The notes under the pieces are model-generated. The model had not been told where the DNA came from and made no database searches. It saw only the letters and a program-made list of their open reading frames with translations. Both the position numbers and the translations under genes were made by a program. A stretch of 64,000 nt of DNA from Geosiphon pyriformis uo1 (taxonomy: Eukaryota; Fungi; Glomeromycota), in NCBI GenBank assembly GCA_016748015.1, contig JAAOMT010000710.1, positions 620,001 to 684,000 on the forward strand, written 5' to 3'. This document shows, piece by piece, positions 37,401 to 50,800 of this stretch (position 1 is the first letter of the stretch; each line of letters starts with the position of its first letter).

Positions 37401-40400
37401 GCAGTTGCCACTGAAGATAGCAGCCTCGCAGCTATTTTTCCTTTTGAATTAGAGGAAAACGAGACTATGTTCAGTGGAGCAGCATTGGACGAAAAACGCC
37501 CAATCACTGCTATGTATACAGAAGCCACTGTAAACAATACTCCAATCAAACTTATCTTAGACAGCGGATCCGCTGGAAGCATCGTAATGCTTCAACTAGT
37601 AAACCAACTGGGTTTCAAAGTTGATCGTGCCGCGACGTCCCAAATCATAACAGCCGATAGAAGTACAAAGCTGCCTTATGGCAAAATCAACTCATTCCCT
37701 TTCAAAATTAACGGCATAGTAATACCTACAAAAGTATTAGTAATGGACGCTACACAATATCAAGTGTTAGTAGGGAATGACTGGCTAACAAAAGCCAACA
37801 CCACCCTAGACTGGACCACCCAAGAGCTTCTGATCAATTATAATGGCCACCAGGCCAAAATTCCAGCCATCTGTGGCCACTTCCAAAAACCCAGCGCCAA
37901 CCAAAGACCTACCTTCGAATTTGAGGAAAATCCAGCACTACCAGCCATCGAAACCTATCAGCTTTCTTGGGCTGATAACCAAAGAACAGGACTACCAGCC
38001 ATACCAACATGGACCAGCAAAGAAAGATCTGAATGGAACCAGGTAAGTTCACGAAGAAACCACCAGCAACGCAGACCAAAGCTAGAATGCTCGGTTTGCA
38101 AGAAGAAACTCTCATCTATGACTGCATGCAGCACACCAGACGAAGACCCAAGAAACCCCACCCATTATTATTGTAACCATTATAACAAAGAAAAATATGG
38201 TTACCCAGAAAGACACGGAAAATGGGACGAGGAACTGTGCCTCACTTGTGGAGAACCGTTACCAAGAGGGTGCGACTGGAACGACTTACCAGGCAGAGGA
38301 AGAACGTGTGACGCAACTTGCCAATACACGATCCTCATCTGTGACTGGATAAGAGGAGGAATGCCGTTCGAAGCAGTGTTCAACAGAGCGTTAAAAAGAC
38401 TACAGCACTACCCACACGACGAGAACGAGTTGTACAACACTGCACAAGCCAAAGTAAGAGGAGGAACCGCCGAAGAAATATGACGTTGGAAAGAGTCAGC
38501 CAAAGTAGCCGATGAAGTCGCCAGCTACAACATGTTCGACCCAGTAGACAAATTCCAGGACTACTACCAACAACTATGCCCCACTCGACAAGAGCAAGAA
38601 CAATATCTCACCCAAATCAACACTTACCTCTGCGAAAACTGTCTCATCCCGTGCCAAAGTCAGTGCTGTGAAGAGTGTCAAGACGAAAGGGACTTAGAAA
38701 GAAAAATGGAAATTGAGAATCAGCAGTCTCAAAATCAATCAATAAATCAACAAGACTCACCTGACAGTCCCGAATCAGAAAAATTTGTAGCCTATACCGA
38801 CCTAGAACAGGTAACCGACATCTGATACTTTGACAACAGGCACTTAGGAATAATACCCAAAAGAGCCCATCCAACCGATGTCGGATTTGATCTACATTAT
38901 CCGGAAGACCAATCCACAACGTTACCACCCAGGAGCATCACCAAAATCAACCTAAAAATAGCGGTTGAAATTCTGCCAGGAATAATGGTTCAAATGGCGT
39001 CGCGATCAAGCCTCGCGAAAAAAGGAATAAGCGTTCAAGGAGGAGTAATTGACTCCGGATACACAGGAAATTTGATGGTTTTGCTACAGAACAATTCGGA
39101 AAAGCCTTATACCATTGAATCTAAGGAAAAGATTGCACAAGCAATTTTCCTACCATTGGTAAAAATTGGGAAATTCGTGCCAGTGGAAAATCGTGAGGAA
39201 TTGTCACAAACAACGAGAGGAACTTTTGGTTTCGGATCGACAAGAAAAGGAATTGAAGCGAATTTCGCTGAAACAATAGAGGAAAAAGGCGAAGTAATTA
39301 AAAATGAGCAGTCCATCACGCTCCTACCATATGGAAATCAGAAATAAGAATAAAAAGAACAAGTAAAGAAAAAGACCTAATATTTGAGCCCTACCCAGAA
39401 ACCTGCCAACAGTTTCTCATAGGACTTACTAACCTTTTTATTCCAGCTGATAAAGCTCAATGGATAAAAATTCCTATCGCAAACACTACAGAAGAACCCG
39501 TCTACATTCCGGAAGATACCATCATGGGATACCTCGGAATGGAGCTAGAAAACGCGTCAACACCACAAGAAATTCTAAATTTCCCAGAAATCGCCCTCTA
39601 CTGTAAACTTACTTCAATAAATTGGCAACAACTGGTAGAATGCTATCAATTTATGCCAGAAGAATTGGCCAAATTAAACATTGGAACAATGGATCCTGAC
39701 CAACAGCGACAATTAAAAGCATTAATTTTAAAATACTCTGATATATTTTCAAGAAATAGCGAATTTGGAAGAACCAACTTGGTTCAACACCAAATCCCCA
39801 CTGGAGACGCCAGACCTGAAAAACAACGCGCTTACCGTGTCCCACCAATGGAGCATAATTTTATTAGAAAAGAAGTCCAAAGCATGTTGGAAAAAGGAAT
39901 AATACAACTATCAATGAGCCCATGGTCCTCACCAGTTGTTTTAGTAAGGAAAAAGAACGGAAAAATTAGATTTTGCGTCGACTATCGCAAACTAAACAGC
40001 AAAACAACCAAAGACTCATACCCAATACTGTTAATTGACGAAATCTTCAACATTTTTGGAGGAGCAAAATGGTTTTCTACACTGGACTTGACCAGTGGGT
40101 ACTGGCAAGTGGAAATGAACCCAAAGGACAGACATAAAACAGCATTCACAACACAAAATGGCAATTATGAGTTCAATGTAATGCCATTTGGATTAACAAA
40201 TGCTCCCACAACATTCCAAAGACTAATGGATGTAATTTACTCCAGAATCCTGTGGCAATCCGTTGTTGTCTACTTGGATGATACAAATGTTTTCTCGTCA
40301 AAATTCACGGATCATCTCCAACATTTACAACAAGTTTTTGAAAGATTGAGACACGCTGGACTTAAACTAAATCTAGAAAAATGTTTCTTTGGGAAAAATG

Positions 40401-42349
40401 AGCTAGCATTTTTAGGACACGTAGTTGGAAAAGATAGAATAAAACCAGATTCATCAAAAATAGACAAAGTGAAAAATTTTTCAGTACCTCAAAACATTTC
40501 AGAAGTTAGAAGCTTTTTAGGACTCGCATTTTACTACTACTGCTTTGTAGAAAATTTTTCAAACATCACCAAACCTCTTAATTACCTACTATCTAAAAAT
40601 GTGAAGTTTGAATGAACTGAAGCACAACAAAAAGCTTTTAAGTATCTTAGACAAAAGCTCATTGAATTACCAANNNNNNNNNNNNNNNNNNNNCGCTGGA
40701 CTTAAACTAAATCTAGAAAAATGTTTCTTTGGGAAAAATGAGCTAGCATTTTTAGGACACGTAGTTGGAAAAGATAGAATAAAACCAGATTCATCAAAAA
40801 TAGACAAAGTGAAAAATTTTTCAGTACCTCAAAACATTTCAGAAGTTAGAAGCTTTTTAGGACTCGCATTTTACTACTACTGCTTTGTAGAAAATTTTTC
40901 AAACATCACCAAACCTCTTAATTACCTACTATCTAAAAATGTGAAGTTTGAATGAACTGAAGCACAACAAAAAGCTTTTAAGTATCTTAGACAAAAGCTC
41001 ATTGAATTACCAATAATGATCTATCCGAATTTCAACAAGAAATTCATTTTGGCCACAGATGCCTCTGGAACTGGACTTGGAGCCATTCTGTCACAAAAAG
41101 ATAATAATGGAAGAGAACGTGTAATCGCTTATGCCGGCAGAAGTCTCAGTATGGCAGAACAAAACTATGCAGCACATGAACTTGAATGCTTAGCAGTAGT
41201 CTGGAGTTGTGTTCACTTTGACACATATTTATGGTACCAACCCTTTGAGATTATGACAGATCATAGAGGTCTGGTCTGGTTAAATAACAAGAAAGCACTA
41301 AAAGGAAAATACGCCAGATGGTCACAAACATTAGCACCATACGATTATATTATCAAATACAAAGAAGGTACCAAAAATGCTAATGCCGACTGTTTGTCAA
41401 GAATGAGACACACATAAAAATCACCAACCCACCCGCCACAACAACAATGAACNNNNNNNNNNNNNNNNNNNNNNNNNNNNNNNNNNNNNNNNNNNNNNNN
41501 NNNNNNNNNNNNNNNNNNNNNNNNNNNNNNNNNNNNNNNNNNNNNNNNNNNNNNNNNNNNNNNNNNNNNNNNNNNNNNNNNNNNNNNNNNNNNNNNNNNN
41601 NNNNNNNNNNNNNNNNNNNNNNNNNNNNNNNNNNNNNNNNNNNNNNNNNNNNNNNNNNNNNNNNNNNNNNNNNNNNNNNNNNNNNNNNNNNNNNNNNNNN
41701 NNNNNNNNNNNNNNNNNNNNNNNNNNNNNNNNNNNNNNNNNNNNNNNNNNNNNNNNNNNNNNNNNNNNNNNNNNNNNNNNNNNNNNNNNNNNNNNNNNNN
41801 NNNNNNNNNNNNNNNNNNNNNNNNNNNNNNNNNNNNNNNNNNNNNNNNNNNNNNNNNNNNNNNNNNNNNNNNNNNNNNNNNNNNNNNNNNNNNNNNNNNN
41901 NNNNNNNNNNNNNNNNNNNNNNNNNNNNNNNNNNNNNNNNNNNNNNNNNNNNNNNNNNNNNNNNNNNNCCTTGGAAGAATAATCCTTGATCAAGATTATT
42001 CACGTTGTTACTAATTGATAAAAGCTTTATTGTGAGAATTAGAAAAGCGCTAAAGACCATTAACATTCTGTGTTTCTAGATTAGAGAAACACATCAGGCA
42101 ATTGCAAGGATAGCTTCAGAGAAGACCCCAAACAGTGGGTAGATTTCAGTTCAGCTTCTGAGAAGGAGTACATAAACACACACAACAATCAAGAATTAAA
42201 GAATAACTTACATTGCAACAGTAAAAAGAAAGCCTTCAGTGTAACAGTAACACTATCACACAAATAGAATTGAGGAACTCATGAAAGACTGATTGCAATT
42301 AAAGCGGGATATTAGCAATTAAATATAACAAGAAAACCATCCCGTAACA
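34489..42349 (+). mobile_element. Gypsy element F (youngest, CpG-rich), TSD CTGC; 5' LTR 34489-35287, 3' LTR ends 42349; integrase and ORF3 fall in the N-gap
   Basis: CTGC at 34485-34488 and 42350-42353; host frame ENQPA|LQLKYF rejoins; LTR segment 34973-35066 repeated at 41970-42063; PBS TGGTGAACCCTACGAG at 35290. Confidence 0.95.
35370..41417 (+). pseudogene. gag-pol of element F: Gag, CCHC, aspartic protease, Cys-rich domain, dUTPase, RT, RNase H
   Basis: ORFs 35370, 36951, 38532 and 38985 share one frame, broken by TGA stops, then one frameshift near 39340; CHFCKCIGHLISQC, ILDSGS, GFDL/SRSS/GVIDSGYTG/KIAQ/RGTFGFGST, YLDD, ATDAS. Confidence 0.93.
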
Positions 42350-45300
42350 CTGCCTTACAACTTAAATACTTCAACAACAACAGACAAGGAATAAAACCTG
42401 AAAAAGCACACGAAATTGATGCTGGATATGACTTAAGATATCCAGGCAAGGATACTCTTGTTCTCAAACCCAAATCTCTCACAAAAATCAACCTCAAAAT
42501 TGCACTCGAAATCCCGCCAAGAGCAATGGTTCAAATCGCCTCTCGGTCCTCTCTGGCAAGCAAAAAAATCAATGTTAGAAGAGGAATAATCAATGCTGGA
42601 TATACTGGAGACATAACAGTAATGCTTCAAAATGAGACTGACAAACCATTCAAGATCGAACATGCTGAAAAAATTGCCCAAGCTATTTACCTACCCTTAA
42701 TCAACATTTCGGGTTTGCAACTAGTCAATCAAAGAGAACAATTAGGAAAAAGTGATAGAGAAATCCAAGGTTTTGGTTCAACTGGACAATTCACAGTTCC
42801 AGTTAATATAGCTCTTAACACACAGAATGAATTCTACCAAATTCTCAGACTTCCACAATCGATTACCATCTCACCCTTTGGAGAACATCCGGAAATTTAC
42901 ACTTGCACAAAGCCAACAACCACACAACAAATTTTTGAGTCCAATGAACAAGTCTGCTTGGAACATAATATTTCGATCCCAAACATTTATATTCCAGAAG
43001 GAACAAAGAAAGTCCGAGTTACTTTTTACAACCCCAATAATTACCCCATAATTTTATTAAATAATTTAGAAATTGGAGTTATTCACAGTAATATATTTCA
43101 ACAAGAATTACCCCAAACAGTCCCCAATTTCCCTGAAATTATTGGACATTCACTACCGAAAATCAACCCAAACCCTAACTCTGAAAACTACCATGTTGTT
43201 ATGGAAAAACTATCTTGAATCAACATGGGACAACTTGAACTACAACAACAGACCCAGCTCAAAGAACTAATTGCAGAATTTGCTAATATTTTCGCTGAAA
43301 ACAACAATGACTTAGGAAGAACTGATTTGGTTCAACACCAAATTTATACAGGAGATGTCAAACCCAGGCAACAACAAGCCTACCGAGTTGCTCCAGAAAG
43401 TCACCAATTTATCTGAGAAGAAGTACAACAAATGCTTAACAATGGGCTTATTCAATCATCAATGAGCCCATGGGCCTCATCTGTGGTTCTAGTTAAAAAG
43501 AAAAATGGAAAGATACGATTTTGTATTGATTACCAACAACTTAACAGTGTTACCATTGGGGATGCCTATCCTCTTCCCCGAATTGATGACATGTTGGATG
43601 CCCTTGGGAAGTCCAAATACTTTTCAACATTAGATTTAGAGAGTGGATACTGGCAAGTTGCTATGGATCCCAAAGACCACCCCAAAACAGCATTTACCAC
43701 TCAAGGAGGAAATTACGAGTTCAATGTAATGCCTTTCAGATTATGCAATGCACCAGCAACATTCCAAAGACTCATGGATGTTGTTTACAAAGGCTTCTTT
43801 TAAAAATCAGTAGTAGTTTATCTTGATGACACTGATGTTTATTCACCATTTTTTGAGCTACATTTAATTCACCTGTGAGAAGTTTTTCAACGATTACAGA
43901 AAGCAGGATTAAAACTGAACATTGAAAAATGCTACTTCGAAAAAACAAGTTTAGCTTTTCTTGGTCACATTGTTAGCAAAAATGGAATTAAACCAGACTC
44001 CAGAAAAATCAGTACTGTTAAAAACTTCAAAACTCCATGAAATACCACAGAATTAAGAGGATTTATTGGATTAGCATCCTATTACCGAAAATTCATCAAA
44101 GGATTCTCAGAAATTGCAAAACCCCTCAACCAGCTCACTACGAAAAATATCAAATACAAATAGACAAAAGAACACCAAAATGCTTTCGAGATACTTAAGG
44201 AAAAACTCACAACAGCTTCAATCCTGGCCTACCCAAATTTCAGCAACTGATTCCGGTTAGCAACTGATGCCTCTTATACTGCCTTTGGTGCCATCCTATC
44301 ACAATTAGATGACAATGGAAATGAGCGAGTAATTGCTTATGCTAGTAGAACTTTAAAGCCAGCCAAAAAGAACTACTTCACAACAGAATTAGAAACTGCA
44401 GCAGTAATCTGGGCCCTACATCACTTCAACCTTTACTTCAGACCCAAAGAATTCGATATTATCACTGATAATATTGGACTTAAATGGCTTCAAAACAAAA
44501 ACACCCAGCTGAACGCAAAACAAACCCAATGGACAGGATTTTTAGCTAATTACCGATACATTGTACACCACAAACCAAGAAAACTCCACACCAACGTTGA
44601 TTGTCTCTCAAGGATGAGGCAAGATTAGAAACAAAACCAACACCCAATTGAATTAACAGCATCAAAACAACAAACAATGAACCCCAAAAACTACAACAAT
44701 CTCAAACAATATTTGGAGACATTAACAATCTCAACAGATTGGTCCCCAGACAAAAAACATCAGTTACAACAACAAGCCAAACAATATTTTCTACACAACA
44801 ACATTATCTATTATCGAAATTTCAAAAACCCAACCAAACCACTCAGATTAATACAAGAACAGGAAAAAGAGACCATTTTATATAACATGCACTCGGATCC
44901 TTCATCAGCACATTTCGGAAAAGATAGCACCACCCAAAGAACACTAGAATACTACTTTTGGCCTCGAATGAGAAAAAACATTCACGAATATGTCGAATCT
45001 TGTGATAGTTGTCAAAGAAGAAGAGGAACTTGCCCTACAGAATCTTTAAATCCAATCAAAGTTGGACAGCCTTTTGACAGAGTTGGTATCGATTTAGTCG
45101 GACCACTATCTATCACCACTCAAGGAAACCATTATATTGCAGTAGCTGTAAACTATCTTACTAAATGGCCTGAAGCCAGAGCCATTCAATGAGCAGATGC
45201 AAAATCAGTAGCAAATTTTATCTATGAAGACATCATTTGTAGACATGGATGTCCAATTGAACTTTTATCCGATCAGGGAACACACTTTGTGAACAACCTG

Positions 45301-46905
45301 ATACAAGAAATTTGTGAACAATTCAATGTCAAAAGACCTCTGTCTTCGCCTTACCATCCACAAACAAACAGACTTGTGGAACGTTTTAACAGAACATTGT
45401 GTGAGTCATTAGCCAAAGTCTCAACCGATTTTGAGCAAGAATGAGATCTCTTTATTCCATCAGTGTTACTAGCATATAGGACATTAAAACAAGATACCAC
45501 GAAACACACACCATTTGATTTAACTTATGGAAGGACGGCAACGTTACCAATTAGTTTCACAGTGGAAACATACCCAGCACAACTGATCGATGAAAACAAT
45601 TTCTAAAAAACGCTTCAGCAAAGAGCCTATACTCTGCTTAGTACATTGGAAGGAAAACAACAAATAGCAGCCACCCATATTGAACACTCCCAAGCTCAAC
45701 AAAAAGAATGGCATGATAACAAATTACCTTCAGTTATCAATAAATTCAAAATTAGAAACAAAGTTTTCTTACACAGAACTAAAGCTGAAAAACAATGGAG
45801 TGGAAAATTTGAAAATAAATGGAATAAATCATTCTTTATCCATGAAGTCCTAGGCAATGGATCATACAAGCTAAGACTTGATGACAAAATCCTAGCAAAA
45901 GTTGTACATGAAGATCGTTTGAAACACTATCATTCCAGAAGCAATCCTGAACCATTAATTCCACAAATTGGTACACATTCTCCTTTGGTCAGTCCCGAAG
46001 ATATTCCCTGAAACTTAGAACCAATAGTTGTCATTGAACAACCTTCCAACCTGAATACTTAATTTAATTTTACTAGTCATTCTCTTATAATTTAAAAACA
46101 ATCTCACAAAAACAAAAACAAAAATAACATAAAAAACCCATACACCAAAAATAATTTTTATTTTTTTCAATTGCTTATAATGACTATTCCTCAAAACATT
46201 CAACAATTATCCCAAAAACTAATATTAGCTTTAAAAACAATACCCGAATTATCTATTACTGTTACTGGAAACCACATTAATTATACCCAAACAGAAGTAG
46301 TTACAAATTTAGCCCCAAACTCACGANNNNNNNNNNNNNNNNNNNNNNNNNNNNNNNNNNNNNNNNNNNNNNNNNNNNNNNNNNNNNNNNNNNNNNNNNN
46401 NNNNNNNNNNNNNNNNNNNNNNNNNNNNNNNNNNNNNNNNNNNNNNNNNNNNNNNNNNNNNNNNNNNNNNNNNNNNNNNNNNNNNNNNNNNNNNNNNNNN
46501 NNNNNNNNNNNNNNNNNNNNNNNNNNNNNNNNNNNNNNNNNNNNNNNNNNNNNNNNNNNNNNNNNNNNNNNNNNNNNNNNNNNNNNNNNNNNNNNNNNNN
46601 NNNNNNNNNNNNNNNNNNNNNNNNNNNNNNNNNNNNNNNNNNNNNNNNNNNNNNNNNNNNNNNNTCAACAAACAGTCGCTACAGGCTTAGAGCTGCTCTT
46701 AGACTTTATGACTTATTCCACACCTGTAAAAACGTACTACAAAACCCAATTTTTCAATCTTTGAAGATTCAATACATTAGAAAGCTCACAGAACTGAAAT
46801 TTCAACAATTTTCAGACCAAATTTCTTCAATAATTTTGGATTATTATCTGGAAATAACAGACAGTACTTGGACTTCGATGGAGCTCAGTCTTGAGGAGGA
46901 GGTTA

Positions 46906-47889
46906 TGTTACCAGACAAAATTAGAGATATTATTTAACATAAAATTATCTTATAATTCCTATCATTAATTAGCATATATTATCGTTCCAAATGATCACTT
47001 ATTACATTAGCAAAAAAAATGTCCGAAATTATCATTTAATTAATAACTCAAATTGTACACAACACAAATATAACCTAATTGTGATAATCAATCATGCAAT
47101 ACCCTGAACTATGTAACATTCAGAAGTTTGCCGAAATTTGTTGAAATTCGCTAAAATAATTGATAGTTCACCGAAATATCTAATAGTTCGCTGAAATAAC
47201 TTGTAGTTCGCCAAAATGTATCTTTAGTTCAGCAAAATTGTAGAAAATAGCAAAGTTCAAGTTCATAGAATAGTGTTACAACAAGTTGTATAAAAGAAAA
47301 GCTTCTCTCTTTGAGAAAATGTATCTTACTTTAGATTTATTACTTAAAACCATTTCTACACACACAAAAAGAAATAAATACCAAATAATTTGAAAAACCA
47401 AATTCTTTAATTATTGCCCTTGGAAAATCCCCAAAACTCAACTAACATTTCGAAATTGATTAGCTACCAATTTCAGTAAAACTGTTAGTGACTCCAGACC
47501 TGGATAGAAAAACGTTTTCCTTGATAAGATCCTATTTCTTTTACACTTCTTTTATTTTTTCTTTCTTTTCTTATTACAATTATTAGAGTAGCCTACAGAC
47601 GAGATTCCTGTAGAAGAGTTGACTTTTACAGCAAAGTAACTACACATTTTTAGTGAGCTTCCAGACGAGCAATTCCTGGGAAAGAGTTGACGTTTATTAC
47701 AACGTAACTACATAAAGCAACTGGCACAGAATTGGCCATTCCACTTATAAGCCCAGCAGTTCAAATTATAGAAGATAATTTGAAGATAAATTCAGTTACT
47801 GGAGGTTCAACCACATCCAGAAAACGTGAATTCACAGCAAATAAGTATCAACAACATTACAGAAAAGAGACCAAAAACCTCTGGTAACA
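46906..47889 (+). repeat. 3' LTR of element E
   Basis: Follows PPT; TGTTAC...GTAACA. Confidence 0.95.
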
Positions 47890-50800
47890 ACATCTACTTT
47901 ACCTGTCAATCCGAATCTCTATATTCTTCTTGCTGTTATTCCTAATTCCTCTCTCTTTCTCACTAATACTAACTGAGCTACTCTAACCAGAAGCAAGAAT
48001 ATTGCCTGTGCTATTTTTTCATTGGGCTCTATTATATAGATCTTTTCTGAGTCATTTTGTAGCATAGCAATGATATTTTCTATATATCCCATGTCAATTA
48101 TTCCTCCTTTTATATTAATCCCTCTTTTTGCTAAACTATTTCTAGATGCTAATTGAACCATTGTTGTTGCTGGAATTTCTAGTGCTATTTTCAAATCAAT
48201 GCAGGTGCATGAATGTGGCTCCAATTTGATGACATCTTTTTCTGAATACCTCAGATCAAACCCAGCATCAGTATTATGTGCACATTCTGGCCTAATATCT
48301 TCATTATTATCACTAAACCATTTAAGTTTCTGTTCCTTGGTAAGGTCAGGAAATGCAATATATTGTTCATAGTTTGGATCAGAGTTTAAATCTGAGTTGG
48401 AATTGTTGTTATTGTTCTCATTATATTAGATAGAGCTGGAACCAATGTTTTCATTGTCATCGTTATCGGAGTTTGAATTGGAATTAAAAATCAATTCCGA
48501 TTCTGATGCACAGCTGCTGATTGGTTCCTTTTCCTTTGGAATCATGTAGATCATGCATGTTAATGAATTGTAGATAAGGTCACACTCATTACAATACTGA
48601 AAGTCATATAGGATTAAGCAATATTAACATAATCGAGTGTTTAACTGCTTTAAATGTTGCTCTTGTTCTTCCCTAGTAAGTGCCAAATGCTGGTAATGTT
48701 CATGAAATTCTTCGAGGTTGTCCTCAATATTACCAAAGACATCAAAAGTTTGAACATATTCGGGTTCAGGAAGAGATAGAGGATTATTTTTAATCTCTAG
48801 TAGTTCACTGGTTGTCACATCTTCTGCTTTTGCATACACCATTCTCCATAGTTTATCTTCGTCATGAGGATATTCTTCCAATTGTCACAACACTCGTTTC
48901 CAGGTGTCGTCAATTGGTGTTCCTTTGCTTACCCAATCATTTATTAGTATGGTGTACTAACATGTCTCATTGCACATTCCTCCATGCCCAGGAATGTCAT
49001 TCCACATTCCTTCATTTGATAGAATAGTTCTACATGTGAGACATGGTTGGTTATCTTACTTTTCTTGTTGTTTTGGTTGTCCAAAACGCTCTATGACGCA
49101 TGGGTGGCAGTAAAATCTTGTGGCTGTGGAGTATTCCTCGTCATTGCCACAGCATGCACCCATTGACAACAATTTTTTACCACAATTAATGCATTCCAAT
49201 TTTGGTTGACAATAATTGGTTGGTGGTGATGAGGTGTATGTGTCTAAACTATAAGTGCTGCTGGTAAGAGTAGTTCCTTCTTCTTTTTCTTTTCTCTTTC
49301 CCTTATCAGTTTTTTCTCATTTCCAGTTGGCTAGTTTGTTTTAGTTATTATCAGTTTCCCAGTTTTGGTCGGTTTTCCAAGTAAGTTTTTTGTTTTTCTT
49401 CTCTTTTCCCTTATCGTCCTAAGAAAGTATTGGTGGTAGCTTGTTGTGGTTTTTGTCAGCCCATGAGACTTGGTAGGCTTTTCAGGTCAGTTTTCTTAAA
49501 CTCGATAAGTGGTTGGGTGTTGCTTGGCTTAAAGTGGCCACAAGTGGCTGGTGTTCAAGTATGCTGACCACCAAAGGTTAATTGTAGTTTTTGGGTGGTC
49601 CAATCAAGAGTAGCATGAGTTTTTGACAACCAATTGTTGCTCACCAGAGCCTGGTATTGTGTGACTTCCATTACAAAGACTTTGACAGGTACCATGATGC
49701 CATTAATTTCAATAGGTAGGTTGTCTATTTTGCCTATTGGAGTTTTGATTGCTCCATTAGCTGTAATGATCCTTGCACTGGCAGCTCGGTCAACTCGGTG
49801 ACCTAATTGATTCATGAGTTGTCTTGTTATGATGCTGCCAGCTAATCCACTATTCAAGATCAGTTTGATGGTATGGCCATCGATTTTGACATCCGTATAC
49901 ATGGCAGTAATTGGCTTCTCTTCCAGAGCTGCTCCACTAAATAACAGAATTTTGATTGTTTCTTCCAAGTCAAAGGGAAAGATGGCTGCAAGCAATTTGT
50001 CATTGGTGACAGTTGCTGGTGGAATGTTGTTGGTAAGTGTTTGTTGTTGGTTGGATCCCGAGTTGTTGGTGGTGGCATCTTCTGGGATAACCAGTAGACT
50101 TAAATAGTTCTGGGAATTTGGGTTTTGGGTGGCACTAGTACTCGAATTCCGAGAACGTGATTCTGATAGTAAGTTGGAAGAACTGGGGATCAGTTGGTGA
50201 ACAACCATCACCGATTTCCAGTTTTGTGTGATTCTAGGTCTGGAGTGGCCTAATGTCATATTAACTGAATTTTGGGGCAGTGTCTAAATTGATTGGAGTT
50301 GATAGATTACTTGTGGCTGCGGTTGATATATTATGAGTGGCTGCAGTTGATATATCACTGGTGGCTGCGGTTAATAAACTGGAGTCTGATATACTGGTGC
50401 TTGGTAAATTGGCTGTTGTGTCATTAGCAGGTAAGTGTTTTGATATTGTTCCTGATTTTGTTGATATCTTGGAGTTTGAAATTGGTGATCGGGGTTTCTA
50501 TATTAATTTCCTGATTGCTGGTGGTTATAAGTGTTGCAGTTTGCTCTGATGTGCTCTTGTTTACCACAGTTGTGGCAAACATGCTTTTCTGGCTGCCACT
50601 GCTGATTGGCCGTTGTTGAGGTGGTTGATAAATTGCATGATTGTCAGCTAAGTATCCTTCTAATTTCTGATTAATTGAATCACTGAATTGTTTCAATTTG
50701 GAGTCCAATTTAGATGATCTGTTCATTACTAAATTAACGGCTTGAGTGTGGTTGGCCTCAAACTCAGCTAATTTGAAATCTCTGGCACATGTGACTGCAT

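Larger units (their letters stand above)
30136..47889 (+). mobile_element. Full-length Gypsy element E, LTRs 30136-31099 and 46906-47889, TSD ACAT/ATAT, interrupted by element F
   Basis: Matching LTRs; PBS TGGTGCTCTCCCACGG at 31102; CHYCGIFGHWKRDC; LILDSGS; dUTPase 42354-42790; RT-RH ending at 44628; integrase 44677-46062; ORF3 46180-46894; PPT GAGGAGGAGG 46893-46902. Confidence 0.95.

Noticed and set aside
40354-41013. Exact 320-bp direct repeat in RT (40354-40673 and 40694-41013)
   Set aside because: Identical copies flank a 20-N gap, so this is an unmerged contig overlap and not a duplication.
41453-41968. Element F apparently lacks integrase and ORF3
   Set aside because: The missing part coincides with an N-gap of uncertain size, so no deletion can be inferred.
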